From contig JBHHYO010000004.1 in assembly GCA_046757665.1 (NCBI GenBank), positions 1 through 64,000 on the forward strand: a DNA stretch of 64,000 bases. Reading direction: 5' to 3'. Every line of letters begins with the position of its first letter. Position 1 is the first letter of the stretch. The DNA is from Nitrospinales bacterium (GTDB lineage Bacteria > Nitrospinota > Nitrospinia > Nitrospinales > JAJDAT01). Position numbers and translations under genes: made by a program. A model generated the notes under the pieces. It was not told where the DNA came from and did no database searches. It saw nothing but the letters and a program-made list of their open reading frames with translations. This document shows, piece by piece, positions 11,331 to 20,402 of the stretch.

Positions 11331-11525
11331 CCGGACAATGGTAAAATACGGCAGGAACCATTTGCATTTACAGTCGGTCTCCCGTCAAGATATTCTAAAG
11401 ATTTTAAGCGGCTGTTTCCTCCTCTCCGGCTTTATTTTTTTCATTGGGATTCCCGCCATTGTAGTGTAAATTATGCAGAGGGTACGCTGAGCCCTTATCC
11501 GTCAACCTGATCGACGAGCAAAAAT

Positions 11526-12032
11526 ATGGTTAGTAGCACAGGCAAGCGGCGGCTCTCGCCGGAAAAAATCATCGCGCTGTTTTACAAGATCCCCTTTTTC
11601 AACAGCTTCAACGCCGACGAGAAAAAGAAGTTCGTCAACATCGACACGAGCATCATCGATTTCAATAAAAACGATTGCCTTATCCGCGAGGGCGCCATGG
11701 ATAACGCCCTCTACATTCTCCTGAAAGGCACAGCGTATATCACCAAGGACATCACGCCGAGCCTGAAGATCGCCATCTTAAAACCCGGCGCCCTTTTCGG
11801 TGAAATTTCATTCCTGGCCAAATCCCCGCGGAGCACCAACGTCATCGCCGCCACGGATGTAACGGTGCTAAAACTGAATCGGGTCATCCTCGCCCGGCTG
11901 GGCTCACAACTGGAGATCAAGGTGCGAAACAAATTGATGAAAATCCTGATCTCCAGGCTGGACAATATAAACCGAATCCTGATCGATTACGTACGCTTCA
12001 TGCCCGAAGAGGAAAGAAAGCATTTGCGATGA
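11526..12032 (+). CDS. Stand-alone cyclic nucleotide-binding domain protein
   Basis: IPFF, LIREG, LYILLKG, FGEISFL...PRSTNVIA. No HTH or output domain. Confidence 0.85.
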   Translation: MVSSTGKRRLSPEKIIALFYKIPFFNSFNADEKKKFVNIDTSIIDFNKNDCLIREGAMDNALYILLKGTAYITKDITPSLKIAILKPGALFGEISFLAKSPRSTNVIAATDVTVLKLNRVILARLGSQLEIKVRNKLMKILISRLDNINRILIDYVRFMPEEERKHLR

Positions 12033-12099
12033 TCCCCTCGGAAACCGGCGGACCGTTTGCCGCCGCCGGTTGACCTGATATGACAAAGGAAACCAGGCC

Positions 12100-12513
12100 A
12101 TGACAGGCAAGATCGTAAAATCGGATGAAGAGTGGCGCAAGCAACTGACGGAGCAACAGTTCCGCATCTGCCGGAAAAAGGACACGGAACCGCCCTTCAC
12201 CGGCGAGTACTGGAACACCAAGGAGCCCGGCATTTATCACTGCGTTTGTTGCGGCAGTCCGCTGTTCGACGCACGCGGCAAGTTCGATTCCGGCACCGGC
12301 TGGCCGAGTTTTTTTGAGCCGGTGGGCCGGGAGCGCGTTGCCACCGATGAGGACCAGAGCCTGTTCATGCGCCGCACGGAAGTCCTGTGCCGCCAGTGCG
12401 GCGCGCACCTGGGCCACGTCTTCGAGGACGGCCCGCCTCCCACGGGGTTAAGATACTGCATCAACTCCGCCGCCCTGGTCTTGAAACCCGATGAAACAAG
12501 CGGCGCAACATAA
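12100..12513 (+). CDS. msrB: Peptide-methionine (R)-S-oxide reductase
   Basis: [38 protein letters not shown]. Confidence 0.97.
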   Translation: MTGKIVKSDEEWRKQLTEQQFRICRKKDTEPPFTGEYWNTKEPGIYHCVCCGSPLFDARGKFDSGTGWPSFFEPVGRERVATDEDQSLFMRRTEVLCRQCGAHLGHVFEDGPPPTGLRYCINSAALVLKPDETSGAT

Positions 12514-13291
12514 TTCCCTGGATGTCGATGCCTACCTGCGCCGCATCGGCTTCGAAGGCCGCCCGCACCCGTCTCTCGAAACCCTGGAAAAACTGCACCT
12601 CGGCCATGCCTTTCACATCCCGTTCGAAAATCTCGACATCCGCCTCGGACGAAAAATCAGCCTCGATCCCCAAGCCCTGTTCGACAAGCTGATCGTCAAC
12701 AAACGCGGCGGCTATTGCCACGAAATCAACACCCTGTTCTATTATCTTTTGAAACAACTCGGTTTCAGCGTCGAACTGCTCATGGCGCGGGTGATGCTCG
12801 GATCGGAAGTCATCGGGCCGAAACTGCATCAATTGCTGTTGGTGGAGACCGGCGGCGAGCGGCGGATTGCCGACCCGGCGTTCGGCGGCCACTGCCTGCT
12901 CGCCCCCCTGCCGCTGGCAACGGATGTGGAGGAAAGGCAGTTCTCGGAAAAATTTCGGCTGACCGCCCACCCCACACGCGGCTACATTCTGCAATCCGAA
13001 ATCCTGAACCAATGGCTGAACCTTTATTCCTTCAACTTGACGTTTCACCACCCGGTCGATTTTATGTTGCCGAACTACTTCAGTTCCACCTCGCCCGATT
13101 CGCTGTTCACGCAAAAAATGATCTGCGCGAAACCCATGCCGGAGGGGCGCGTTTCCCTGACCGACGGAGAGCTTAAAATCCGCAGGGGCGGAGAGACGGT
13201 CACCCGCCGGCTATCCGAACCCGAGGTCGTCGCGGCGCTACGGGATCATTTCGGCATCGAACTGCCGCCCGGCACGCCCATCCCGCAATAA
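12491..13291 (+). CDS. Arylamine N-acetyltransferase family protein
   Basis: [23 protein letters not shown] (catalytic Cys), H and D triad residues in LHQLL and IADPAFG. Confidence 0.92.
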   Translation: MKQAAQHNSLDVDAYLRRIGFEGRPHPSLETLEKLHLGHAFHIPFENLDIRLGRKISLDPQALFDKLIVNKRGGYCHEINTLFYYLLKQLGFSVELLMARVMLGSEVIGPKLHQLLLVETGGERRIADPAFGGHCLLAPLPLATDVEERQFSEKFRLTAHPTRGYILQSEILNQWLNLYSFNLTFHHPVDFMLPNYFSSTSPDSLFTQKMICAKPMPEGRVSLTDGELKIRRGGETVTRRLSEPEVVAALRDHFGIELPPGTPIPQ

Positions 13292-13413
13292 AACCATCTT
13301 TCGCCTAATTTTGCCTTATCAAAATGGTATATTATGCCGACAATAAGGTGACCAACCCGCTTGGTTCGCCATCGAAAACTTCGAGCTGTTTTGAATGATC
13401 TCAGGGAGGACAA

Positions 13414-14646
13414 ATGGAAAAGGACATCATCAGTCTGGGAAACAGTGGCGACGTTCTGTTTATGATGCTGGGAGCCGTTATGGTTTTTGCCATGCACGGC
13501 GGATTTGCTTTTCTGGAAGTGGGCACCGTCCGGAAAAAAAATCAGGTCAATGCGCTTGTCAAAATTCTGGTCGATTTTTCGGTTTCCACAGTGGTGTATT
13601 TTCTGATCGGTTATTCGATCGCTTACGGCGTTTATTTTTTCCAGTCCGCCGGCGACCTGGTGGCCAACAACCAGGGATACGATCTGGTGCATTTTTTCTT
13701 TTTATTGACCTTCGCGGCGGCGGTGCCGGCGATCATATCCGGCGGCATTGCCGAGCGAGCCAAATTCTGGACCCAGGCGCTGGCGGCGGCCATCTTCGTG
13801 ACCTTCGCCTACCCGATTTTCGAGGGCATGGTTTGGGGGAACATCACGCTACTGGGCCAGGATGGCTCGTGGCTGGCGAACTTCAGCGGCGGCATACCTT
13901 TTCATGACTACGCCGGCTCCGTCGTGGTGCATTCCATGGGCGGCTGGATCGCCCTGGCCGGAGTCATCGTTCTCGGCCCGCGGATCGGTCGTTGGGATTC
14001 GCATGGCAAAAGCACGCCCATCCCGGTCAGCAACATCCCCTTCCTCGCACTGGGAAGCTGGATGCTCTGCATCGGCTGGTTCGGATTCAACGTCATGTCG
14101 GCGGCGCAATTGAGCGGCATTACCGGCCTGGTGGCCATCAATTCCCTGTTCGCCATGGTTGGCGGCATTTTGTTCGCGCTGGTGGTTTCCAAAAACGATC
14201 CGGGGTTCATCCACAACGGCGCCCTGGCGGGCCTGGTGGCGATCTGCGCCGGGTCGGACAAGGTGCATCCCATCGGCGCGTTCATTATCGGCGGCATCGC
14301 CGGCGTCATCTTCGTCAAGGGGTTCACCTGGGAACAGGAAAAACTCAAAATTGACGACGTCCTGGGAGTCTGGCCCCTGCACGGGATTTCCGGAACCTGG
14401 GGCGGCATCGCCTGCGGCATTTTCGGACAGGAGTCCCTGGGCGGGCTCGGCGGAGTCAGCTTGACCGCCCAGCTGGTGGGTTCCGCCGCGGCAATCCTCA
14501 TCGCGCTCGTTTTCGGCTTTGCGGTCTACAAGGTTTTGAACGCCTCTTTCGGCATCCGCCTGTCCAAGGACGAAGAAATGCGGGGCTCCGACCTGACCAT
14601 CCATAAAATCGACTCCTATCCGGAGGAGGGAATCACACGTTTTTAG
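13414..14646 (+). CDS. amt: Ammonium transporter (Amt family)
   Basis: GFAFLE, ISGGIAER, DYAGSVVVH, GWFGFN, IDDVLGVWPLHG (twin His), GGAGG RBS. Confidence 0.95.
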   Translation: MEKDIISLGNSGDVLFMMLGAVMVFAMHGGFAFLEVGTVRKKNQVNALVKILVDFSVSTVVYFLIGYSIAYGVYFFQSAGDLVANNQGYDLVHFFFLLTFAAAVPAIISGGIAERAKFWTQALAAAIFVTFAYPIFEGMVWGNITLLGQDGSWLANFSGGIPFHDYAGSVVVHSMGGWIALAGVIVLGPRIGRWDSHGKSTPIPVSNIPFLALGSWMLCIGWFGFNVMSAAQLSGITGLVAINSLFAMVGGILFALVVSKNDPGFIHNGALAGLVAICAGSDKVHPIGAFIIGGIAGVIFVKGFTWEQEKLKIDDVLGVWPLHGISGTWGGIACGIFGQESLGGLGGVSLTAQLVGSAAAILIALVFGFAVYKVLNASFGIRLSKDEEMRGSDLTIHKIDSYPEEGITRF

Positions 14647-14665
14647 AACAAAACAAGGTTCGCGT

Positions 14666-16909
14666 ATGAAGAAAAAGCTTCAGACATTCACCCTGATCGT
14701 TGCATTCCTGATAACCGCTTGCCCGGCGCGGGCGGATATTACACGGATCGACGAATACAAGAAAGCCATCGAGCTGGACGCCAACGATTACGTCGCGCAC
14801 TTCAGCTTGGGGAAAGCCTATCAAACCATGGGCCTTTACGAAAAAGCCATCGCCGAATTCAAAGAGGTCCTGCGCGTGGAACCCCTGTATTCTCCCGCCT
14901 ATTTCGCCATGGGGACCAGCTACGGAGAACTGGGCCGCTACCAGGAAGCGGTGGACACCTATCGCAACGCGATAACACTGGACCCCCTCTTCCCCGAAGC
15001 CCAATACGGGCTGGGATGGGCCTACATGAAACTGGAGCAATGCGAAACGGCGGTCAAGCCCCTGGAAAAATCCATCCAACTGAACCCCGACCTGCCCCAG
15101 GCGCACCAGGTCCTGGGACAATGTTACGCAACGTTGAAAAAACATGCCGACGCCATCCGGGAATTTTCCCGGGCGGCGGAGTTGAATCCCCTGTTCCCGG
15201 AAGCAACCCTCGGCAAAGCCAAAAGCCTTGCCGCGTTGGGCCAGCATGACAAAGCCATCGAGGCTTATCGAAAAACGCTGGACATGAGCCCCCGTTCGGA
15301 AGATGCCCTTACCGGCCTGAGCTGGTCTTACCTGCAAACCGGGCGCAACCAGGAAGCCCTCGAACCCTTGAAACAGGCTCTCGACATCAACTCCAAAAAC
15401 ACAACGGCCCTGAACTACCTGGGCACGGCCTATTCCAGACTGGGCCGCCACGAAGACGCCCTCGAACCACTGCGGCAATGGATCGAACTCAGCCCCATAG
15501 ACCCCGAGCCCTACCTCAAACAGGGCAGGGAATATGAAGCGTTGCAACGCTACGAGGACGCCATTGAAAGCTATGACAACATCATCTTCCTCGAACCTAA
15601 AAACATCCCCGGCCTTTTCCATATGGGACGGTCTTATGAGCAACTGAAAAAATACGACAAGGCGATCGAACAATACCGGAAGGTTCTCGAAATAAATCCG
15701 GACCATTTCGACGCTCATTTCCGCATGGCGGAAGCCCGTCGGGAAATGGGAAATTACGAGGAAGCCATCACGGCTTATAAAAACGCCATTCGCATCGACC
15801 CCGGCAACGTCTCCGCCTATTCCGGCCTGAGTTGGACCTACAGCAAAATGAAACGCTTCCCGGAAGCCCTGGAAAGCTATACGCAGGCTTTGGAAATCGA
15901 CCCCGATTCTGCCCTGGCCCATTACAACCTGGGAGTCACCTACGGCGAACTGAACCGGTACCGGGACGCGGTTGCGCCCTTGAAGGAAGCGATTCGATTA
16001 AACCCGGATTTCTCCAAGGCCTATTACCAGCTTGGGGTGAGTTACATTCGGCTGGGTGAATTTGATCAAGCTTTGGCGCCGCTTCAACGCGCGGCCAGCA
16101 TCGAGCCCGAAAACGCCCTGCCCCAATTCGGCCTGGGCCGGGTTTACAGCGAAAAGAAAGACTACCGGAAAGCCATCGAGTCGCTGGAAAATTCCGTTCA
16201 ATTAGATTCCGCCCTTACCGCCGCCCAAATCCTGCTGGGCATCAATTATCTGAGAGCGAAAAATTACGCCGCGGCGGTCGGGTCCCTGGAAACTGCCGTC
16301 CGTCTGCAACCCGGCGATGCCATCGCCCACAACAACCTGGGAACGGCTTATTGGAAACTGAGCCGTCCCCATGACGCCATCGCCGAATTTAAAAAAGCCG
16401 TCGAGATTGATCCGAACTATGCCGAGGCTTTCAACAACCTGGGACGGATGCACGCCCTCCTGGACAAAAACGCGGAGGCCATCGACTTCTTCCGCAAGGC
16501 GATTGAAATCGATCCGAACTACGCCGAGGCCCATTACCATCTGGGGCTGGCGTATGAAATCCTCGGCCGCTACGAGGAATCCATCCGCGAATACCGGGAA
16601 ACCGCCCGTATCGACCCCGGCAACGCCGACGTCTTGATCAGCCTGGGCTGGGCGTATGGGGAAACCAGGCGGTATCGGGAAGCTATCGAGCCGCTCAAGC
16701 GCGCTATCCGCATCGACCCCAACAACGCCGACGCCTACTTCAGCCTGGGCTGGACCTATGGCGAGCTAAAGCAATACCAGAAGGCGATTCCTCCCTTGAA
16801 GGAAGCCTTGCGGATCAACCAAAACCACACCGGCGCCCACTCCCGCCTGGAAATGGCCTACAGCCAATTGCAAAAACAGGGCGAAATCACTATCCAGCCC
16901 GCCAGGTAA
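14666..16909 (+). CDS. Exported tetratricopeptide-repeat protein (about 21 TPRs)
   Basis: N-terminal signal peptide, then 34-aa repeats (A..YKKAI..DP...AHYNLG) to the C-terminus. Confidence 0.92.
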   Translation: MKKKLQTFTLIVAFLITACPARADITRIDEYKKAIELDANDYVAHFSLGKAYQTMGLYEKAIAEFKEVLRVEPLYSPAYFAMGTSYGELGRYQEAVDTYRNAITLDPLFPEAQYGLGWAYMKLEQCETAVKPLEKSIQLNPDLPQAHQVLGQCYATLKKHADAIREFSRAAELNPLFPEATLGKAKSLAALGQHDKAIEAYRKTLDMSPRSEDALTGLSWSYLQTGRNQEALEPLKQALDINSKNTTALNYLGTAYSRLGRHEDALEPLRQWIELSPIDPEPYLKQGREYEALQRYEDAIESYDNIIFLEPKNIPGLFHMGRSYEQLKKYDKAIEQYRKVLEINPDHFDAHFRMAEARREMGNYEEAITAYKNAIRIDPGNVSAYSGLSWTYSKMKRFPEALESYTQALEIDPDSALAHYNLGVTYGELNRYRDAVAPLKEAIRLNPDFSKAYYQLGVSYIRLGEFDQALAPLQRAASIEPENALPQFGLGRVYSEKKDYRKAIESLENSVQLDSALTAAQILLGINYLRAKNYAAAVGSLETAVRLQPGDAIAHNNLGTAYWKLSRPHDAIAEFKKAVEIDPNYAEAFNNLGRMHALLDKNAEAIDFFRKAIEIDPNYAEAHYHLGLAYEILGRYEESIREYRETARIDPGNADVLISLGWAYGETRRYREAIEPLKRAIRIDPNNADAYFSLGWTYGELKQYQKAIPPLKEALRINQNHTGAHSRLEMAYSQLQKQGEITIQPAR

Positions 16910-16933
16910 GCGGGCTGCGCCGGATAAACTTTT

Positions 16934-16993
16934 CCTGACCTTGCCGCCAACGGGGTTCGGTCGCCGCGCGGGGCCGCTGTCAGGCGAACTCCG
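16934..16993 (+). promoter_or_regulatory. Candidate riboswitch-like leader of nhaA
   Basis: CCUGAC/GUCAGG stem enclosing CGGUC/GGCCG, with a mutually exclusive 9-bp CGGGGUUCG/CGAACUCCG stem. Confidence 0.35.
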
Positions 16994-17007
16994 CCACGGC
17001 ACACCAA

Positions 17008-18183
17008 ATGAAAATACTCGAAGACTTCATAAAGAAAGAATCCGCGAGCGGCATCCTGCTGATATTTGCGACTGCTTTGGCATTAGTATTAAGCAACACA
17101 CCCCTGTCGGCGACCTACGAAGCCTTTTTACATATCCCCGTAGAAATCCGAATTGGCGCACTGCATCTCGACAAGTCGCTTTACCATTGGATCAATGACG
17201 GCTTGATGTCTATTTTCTTTTTGCTGATCGGCCTGGAAGTAAAAAGAGAAATACTGGAAGGTCATTTATCATCTTTAAGCCAAATCATATTACCCGGAGT
17301 CGCCGCTGTCGGCGGGATGGCCGTTCCGGCGGCAATCTATTTAATATTTAACCAAAGCAATCCTGTCGCTGTCGGCGGGTGGGCAATACCCACCGCCACG
17401 GACATCGCTTTTGCATTGGGCATTCTCTCCCTGCTGGGTAACCGGGTTCCCGTTTCACTTAAAATATTTTTAATGGCATTAGCCATTATTGACGATTTGG
17501 GGGCCATCGTCATCATTGCTATTTTTTATACAACCGAGTTGTCCACCTTATCCATTGCTGTTGCAGCCATCGCTTTGACTGCCTTAATCACCCTCAATAT
17601 ATTTGGCGTTGCAAAAAAAGCCGCGTACTTCATTGTCGGCACGGTATTATGGGTGAGCATTCTTAAATCCGGGGTCCATGCCACATTGGCCGGTGTCGCG
17701 CTGGCATTTTCAATTCCGCTGAACGCAAAAGATGAAGACAACCGGGCCATTTCACCGGTAAAAGAGATCGAACACGATATTCATTTTTGGGTGGCGTTTT
17801 TCATCCTGCCCCTGTTTGCTTTCGTCAATGCGGGCGTAAACGTGACGCAAATATCTTTTAGCCAAATGGCCGGTTCCGTACCGTTGGGCATCATGCTTGG
17901 GTTATTTGCCGGCAAGCAACTCGGTGTTTTCGGTTTCAGTTGGCTGGTCATAAAACTTAAATGGGCAGAGCTGCCAAAAGACAGCAACTGGACACAGCTT
18001 TACGGCATCTCCGTATTAACGGGCATCGGGTTCACCATGAGTCTATTTATTATTTCGTTAGCATTTGTAGATGACGCCATTTTTCAATACACCGACAAAC
18101 TGGCCGTACTGGTAGGGTCATTTGTCTCAGGCATTGTCGGGTACCTGGTGCTGAAAATAGGCAAAAGCGCACAGCAGAACTAA
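17008..18183 (+). CDS. nhaA: Na+/H+ antiporter NhaA
   Basis: WINDGLM, GLEVKRE, GWAIPTATDIAF, ALAIIDDLGA, SGVHATLAG, GIGFTMSLFI. Confidence 0.97.
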   Translation: MKILEDFIKKESASGILLIFATALALVLSNTPLSATYEAFLHIPVEIRIGALHLDKSLYHWINDGLMSIFFLLIGLEVKREILEGHLSSLSQIILPGVAAVGGMAVPAAIYLIFNQSNPVAVGGWAIPTATDIAFALGILSLLGNRVPVSLKIFLMALAIIDDLGAIVIIAIFYTTELSTLSIAVAAIALTALITLNIFGVAKKAAYFIVGTVLWVSILKSGVHATLAGVALAFSIPLNAKDEDNRAISPVKEIEHDIHFWVAFFILPLFAFVNAGVNVTQISFSQMAGSVPLGIMLGLFAGKQLGVFGFSWLVIKLKWAELPKDSNWTQLYGISVLTGIGFTMSLFIISLAFVDDAIFQYTDKLAVLVGSFVSGIVGYLVLKIGKSAQQN

Positions 18184-18270
18184 CCCCACCGAAGCATCCT
18201 GTCCGCCGCCGGATTCGGCAAGCGTTGCCGGGAGCGCCGGTTACATGATCCTCTCCCACCGGATATCGGG

Positions 18271-20253
18271 CTATTCGCTGAACTTGACCAATCCTCCCCA
18301 GACGTACATTTTGCGGCGGTCTTTCTTAATTTCCAACCAGGGCTTGCCGTTATGCAGGGACTTTAATTTCCGCAGGAGAAGCAGGCGTTCGCCCTTGCGG
18401 GCGGTGGCTGTTTGCGGGAATTTCACGCCGGGGCCTTTCTTCAACGTCACACCGTCGATCAGGGCGACGACGAATTTTTGTTCCTTCTCCGGTTCCGTAG
18501 CGGGTGCCGCGGGGGCGGGTTCGCTGACCTGCGGCGCGGAAGGCAAGTCCAGCTCGGTTTCCGAAGAAGCTTCCGGCAGGGAAATTTTGGGAACGTCCGG
18601 AACGGCGGGCGGACGAATATCCACCGTCTCCGCGAACGCCGTTTTTGCCGATGGCGCTTGCGGCGGCGCCGGCGGGCTCGGCGGTTTGGGCCGCTCCGGA
18701 GCCTTGTCCGCTATCGACGACGGCTTCGGCTCCGGAGCCACCGACGCAACTTGCGGCGCCGCATCCGAAAACTTGACGAAAATGGGATTGGATATCAGAT
18801 AACTTTCCGTACTCACCTCGGCCTTCAGACGGTAATACACCTTGCCCTCGCGCTTGATGTTCATGTCCCGCCAAACCAGTTCATACGGCATGGTAACGAT
18901 TTCTTTCTTGACCACTTCCCCGTCGCGGATGACGGACAACTCCACCCAGTCCGGAATGCCGTTGGTCAAGCGAAGGTTCACCTTCAGTTCCGGAAAGTTT
19001 TTCGTAACCAATTCATCGCCCATGACCGCCTCCCGGCCCGCCGCCTTCGCCTTGTCGGAAATGGTGAAATTGTCCAGCGAGAGGCGGAACTCGTCAGGTT
19101 GTTTCACCGCATACATCCTGCCCCGGCGCATGGCGTCGAGAACCGCTTTTCGGCTTTTTTCCTTCACCAGCAGAATGGTTCGAACGCCGCCCAGGGCGCG
19201 GCCGTTTTCGCCCTCGCACTGAAAATCATTTCCCCCGTACCCCCAAACCGGATGTGCCCGCTCTCCGCGCACGTATTGCAGGAGAACCTGGTCCCACTCC
19301 CTGCCCGGATCCGTCACGTGAATCTTGCCGTCGTAAACAGCTTCAAAACCGGTATAGTTCTTCGACAACAAAAGATCGCGCGGATGAGGGGGCGTGTCCA
19401 GGCCTACGGAATCCTTTTTGCCCACGCCGGCGGTCGACTCCAAATGGTTCCAGAAAACCATAGCGTCATGCGCAACCGCATAGTCGATCGTTTCCTGATA
19501 CGGAGCAATTCCCTTGTCGCCGCCATACTGGTCAAAGGGGGAACTTTTGAACGGGTGATTGTTAACCGCCAGCAACAGAAAAACCACCGTGAAGAAAAAA
19601 GAAGTCTTCCGCCAAACCCTTTTGTAAAAAAGTCCGGCGCTGATCAAAAAAAGAACGGCCAGCACCAGAAACGACGGGCCGTAGCGGTCAATATATTTCG
19701 TGGAAAAATTACTGTTCAGAACCGGCAGTCGCTCATATTCCGAGGCGGAATTCAACCCGACGATCAGCAGATGCTTGTCCCAGTTGTGAGCCGTCAGGTT
19801 TTTATCGACCAGGTTCCCCGTCCAGTAATAAAACGGCGCACTTTCAACCGCCGGCACCAGCAGGGTTTCCGGAAACGTTTTATCGTTGGTGTTGATTTCC
19901 GCAAGGTAAGCCGAAGCGCCGGAAGTGAGGATGGAATATTGTTCCTTTTTCTTTTTGACGATCCTTTCAAAAGGAAAAATTCCATACTCCAGGGACATCC
20001 TGTCCCGGTCGCTGTAGATCACTACGTCGATGCCGCGGTGTTGCGCGATATTGGCCAACTCCTGCACCGAGGAACAGCCCGAACTGAACCGGGTTTTGAC
20101 ATCCGCCACCGCGTCGAGCTGAATATATTTTCCCAGAGCCGCGGCGGGAGCGGCGGCTTCCATAACAAGAAAGCCGATCAGGCCGGCCAGGCAAAGCCCC
20201 CAGCCTTGCAAAACACGCCGTTGCCATAATGAACAGTTAAAACACAACGTCAA
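18271..20253 (-). CDS. Membrane-anchored PHP-fold-like protein with Pro-rich linker and C-terminal SH3b-like domain
   Basis: Signal-like N-terminus. DVKTRFSSG, YSDRD, FWNH and GGNDF echo PHP motifs. Two internal TMs, Pro-rich stretch, VTLKKGPG...WLEI...YVWG tail. Confidence 0.65.
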   Translation of the reverse strand: MTLCFNCSLWQRRVLQGWGLCLAGLIGFLVMEAAAPAAALGKYIQLDAVADVKTRFSSGCSSVQELANIAQHRGIDVVIYSDRDRMSLEYGIFPFERIVKKKKEQYSILTSGASAYLAEINTNDKTFPETLLVPAVESAPFYYWTGNLVDKNLTAHNWDKHLLIVGLNSASEYERLPVLNSNFSTKYIDRYGPSFLVLAVLFLISAGLFYKRVWRKTSFFFTVVFLLLAVNNHPFKSSPFDQYGGDKGIAPYQETIDYAVAHDAMVFWNHLESTAGVGKKDSVGLDTPPHPRDLLLSKNYTGFEAVYDGKIHVTDPGREWDQVLLQYVRGERAHPVWGYGGNDFQCEGENGRALGGVRTILLVKEKSRKAVLDAMRRGRMYAVKQPDEFRLSLDNFTISDKAKAAGREAVMGDELVTKNFPELKVNLRLTNGIPDWVELSVIRDGEVVKKEIVTMPYELVWRDMNIKREGKVYYRLKAEVSTESYLISNPIFVKFSDAAPQVASVAPEPKPSSIADKAPERPKPPSPPAPPQAPSAKTAFAETVDIRPPAVPDVPKISLPEASSETELDLPSAPQVSEPAPAAPATEPEKEQKFVVALIDGVTLKKGPGVKFPQTATARKGERLLLLRKLKSLHNGKPWLEIKKDRRKMYVWGGLVKFSE

Positions 20254-20402
20254 TCCACCATCTCCTCATTTCAGATTATTGAACCGAAGATTTTCTCTCA
20301 TCATCAATCAGATTCTTTTTTTCCGCCTGTTCCGCTCCCCGGCTTTACTTGGCCGACCAGCCATATTACTATAGTCTGCATGTAATCAAGGAGATATTTA
20401 TT

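Noticed and set aside
16400-16740. Near-identical GATCCGAACTAYGCCGAGGC-type segments at about 102-nt spacing
   Set aside because: 34-codon TPR periodicity inside a CDS, not CRISPR or a DNA repeat.
18412-20229. 605-aa + strand ORF
   Set aside because: Antisense shadow of the 660-aa gene, Arg-rich and motif-free. The same applies to the other long antisense ORFs over amt, dxs, argF and nuo.
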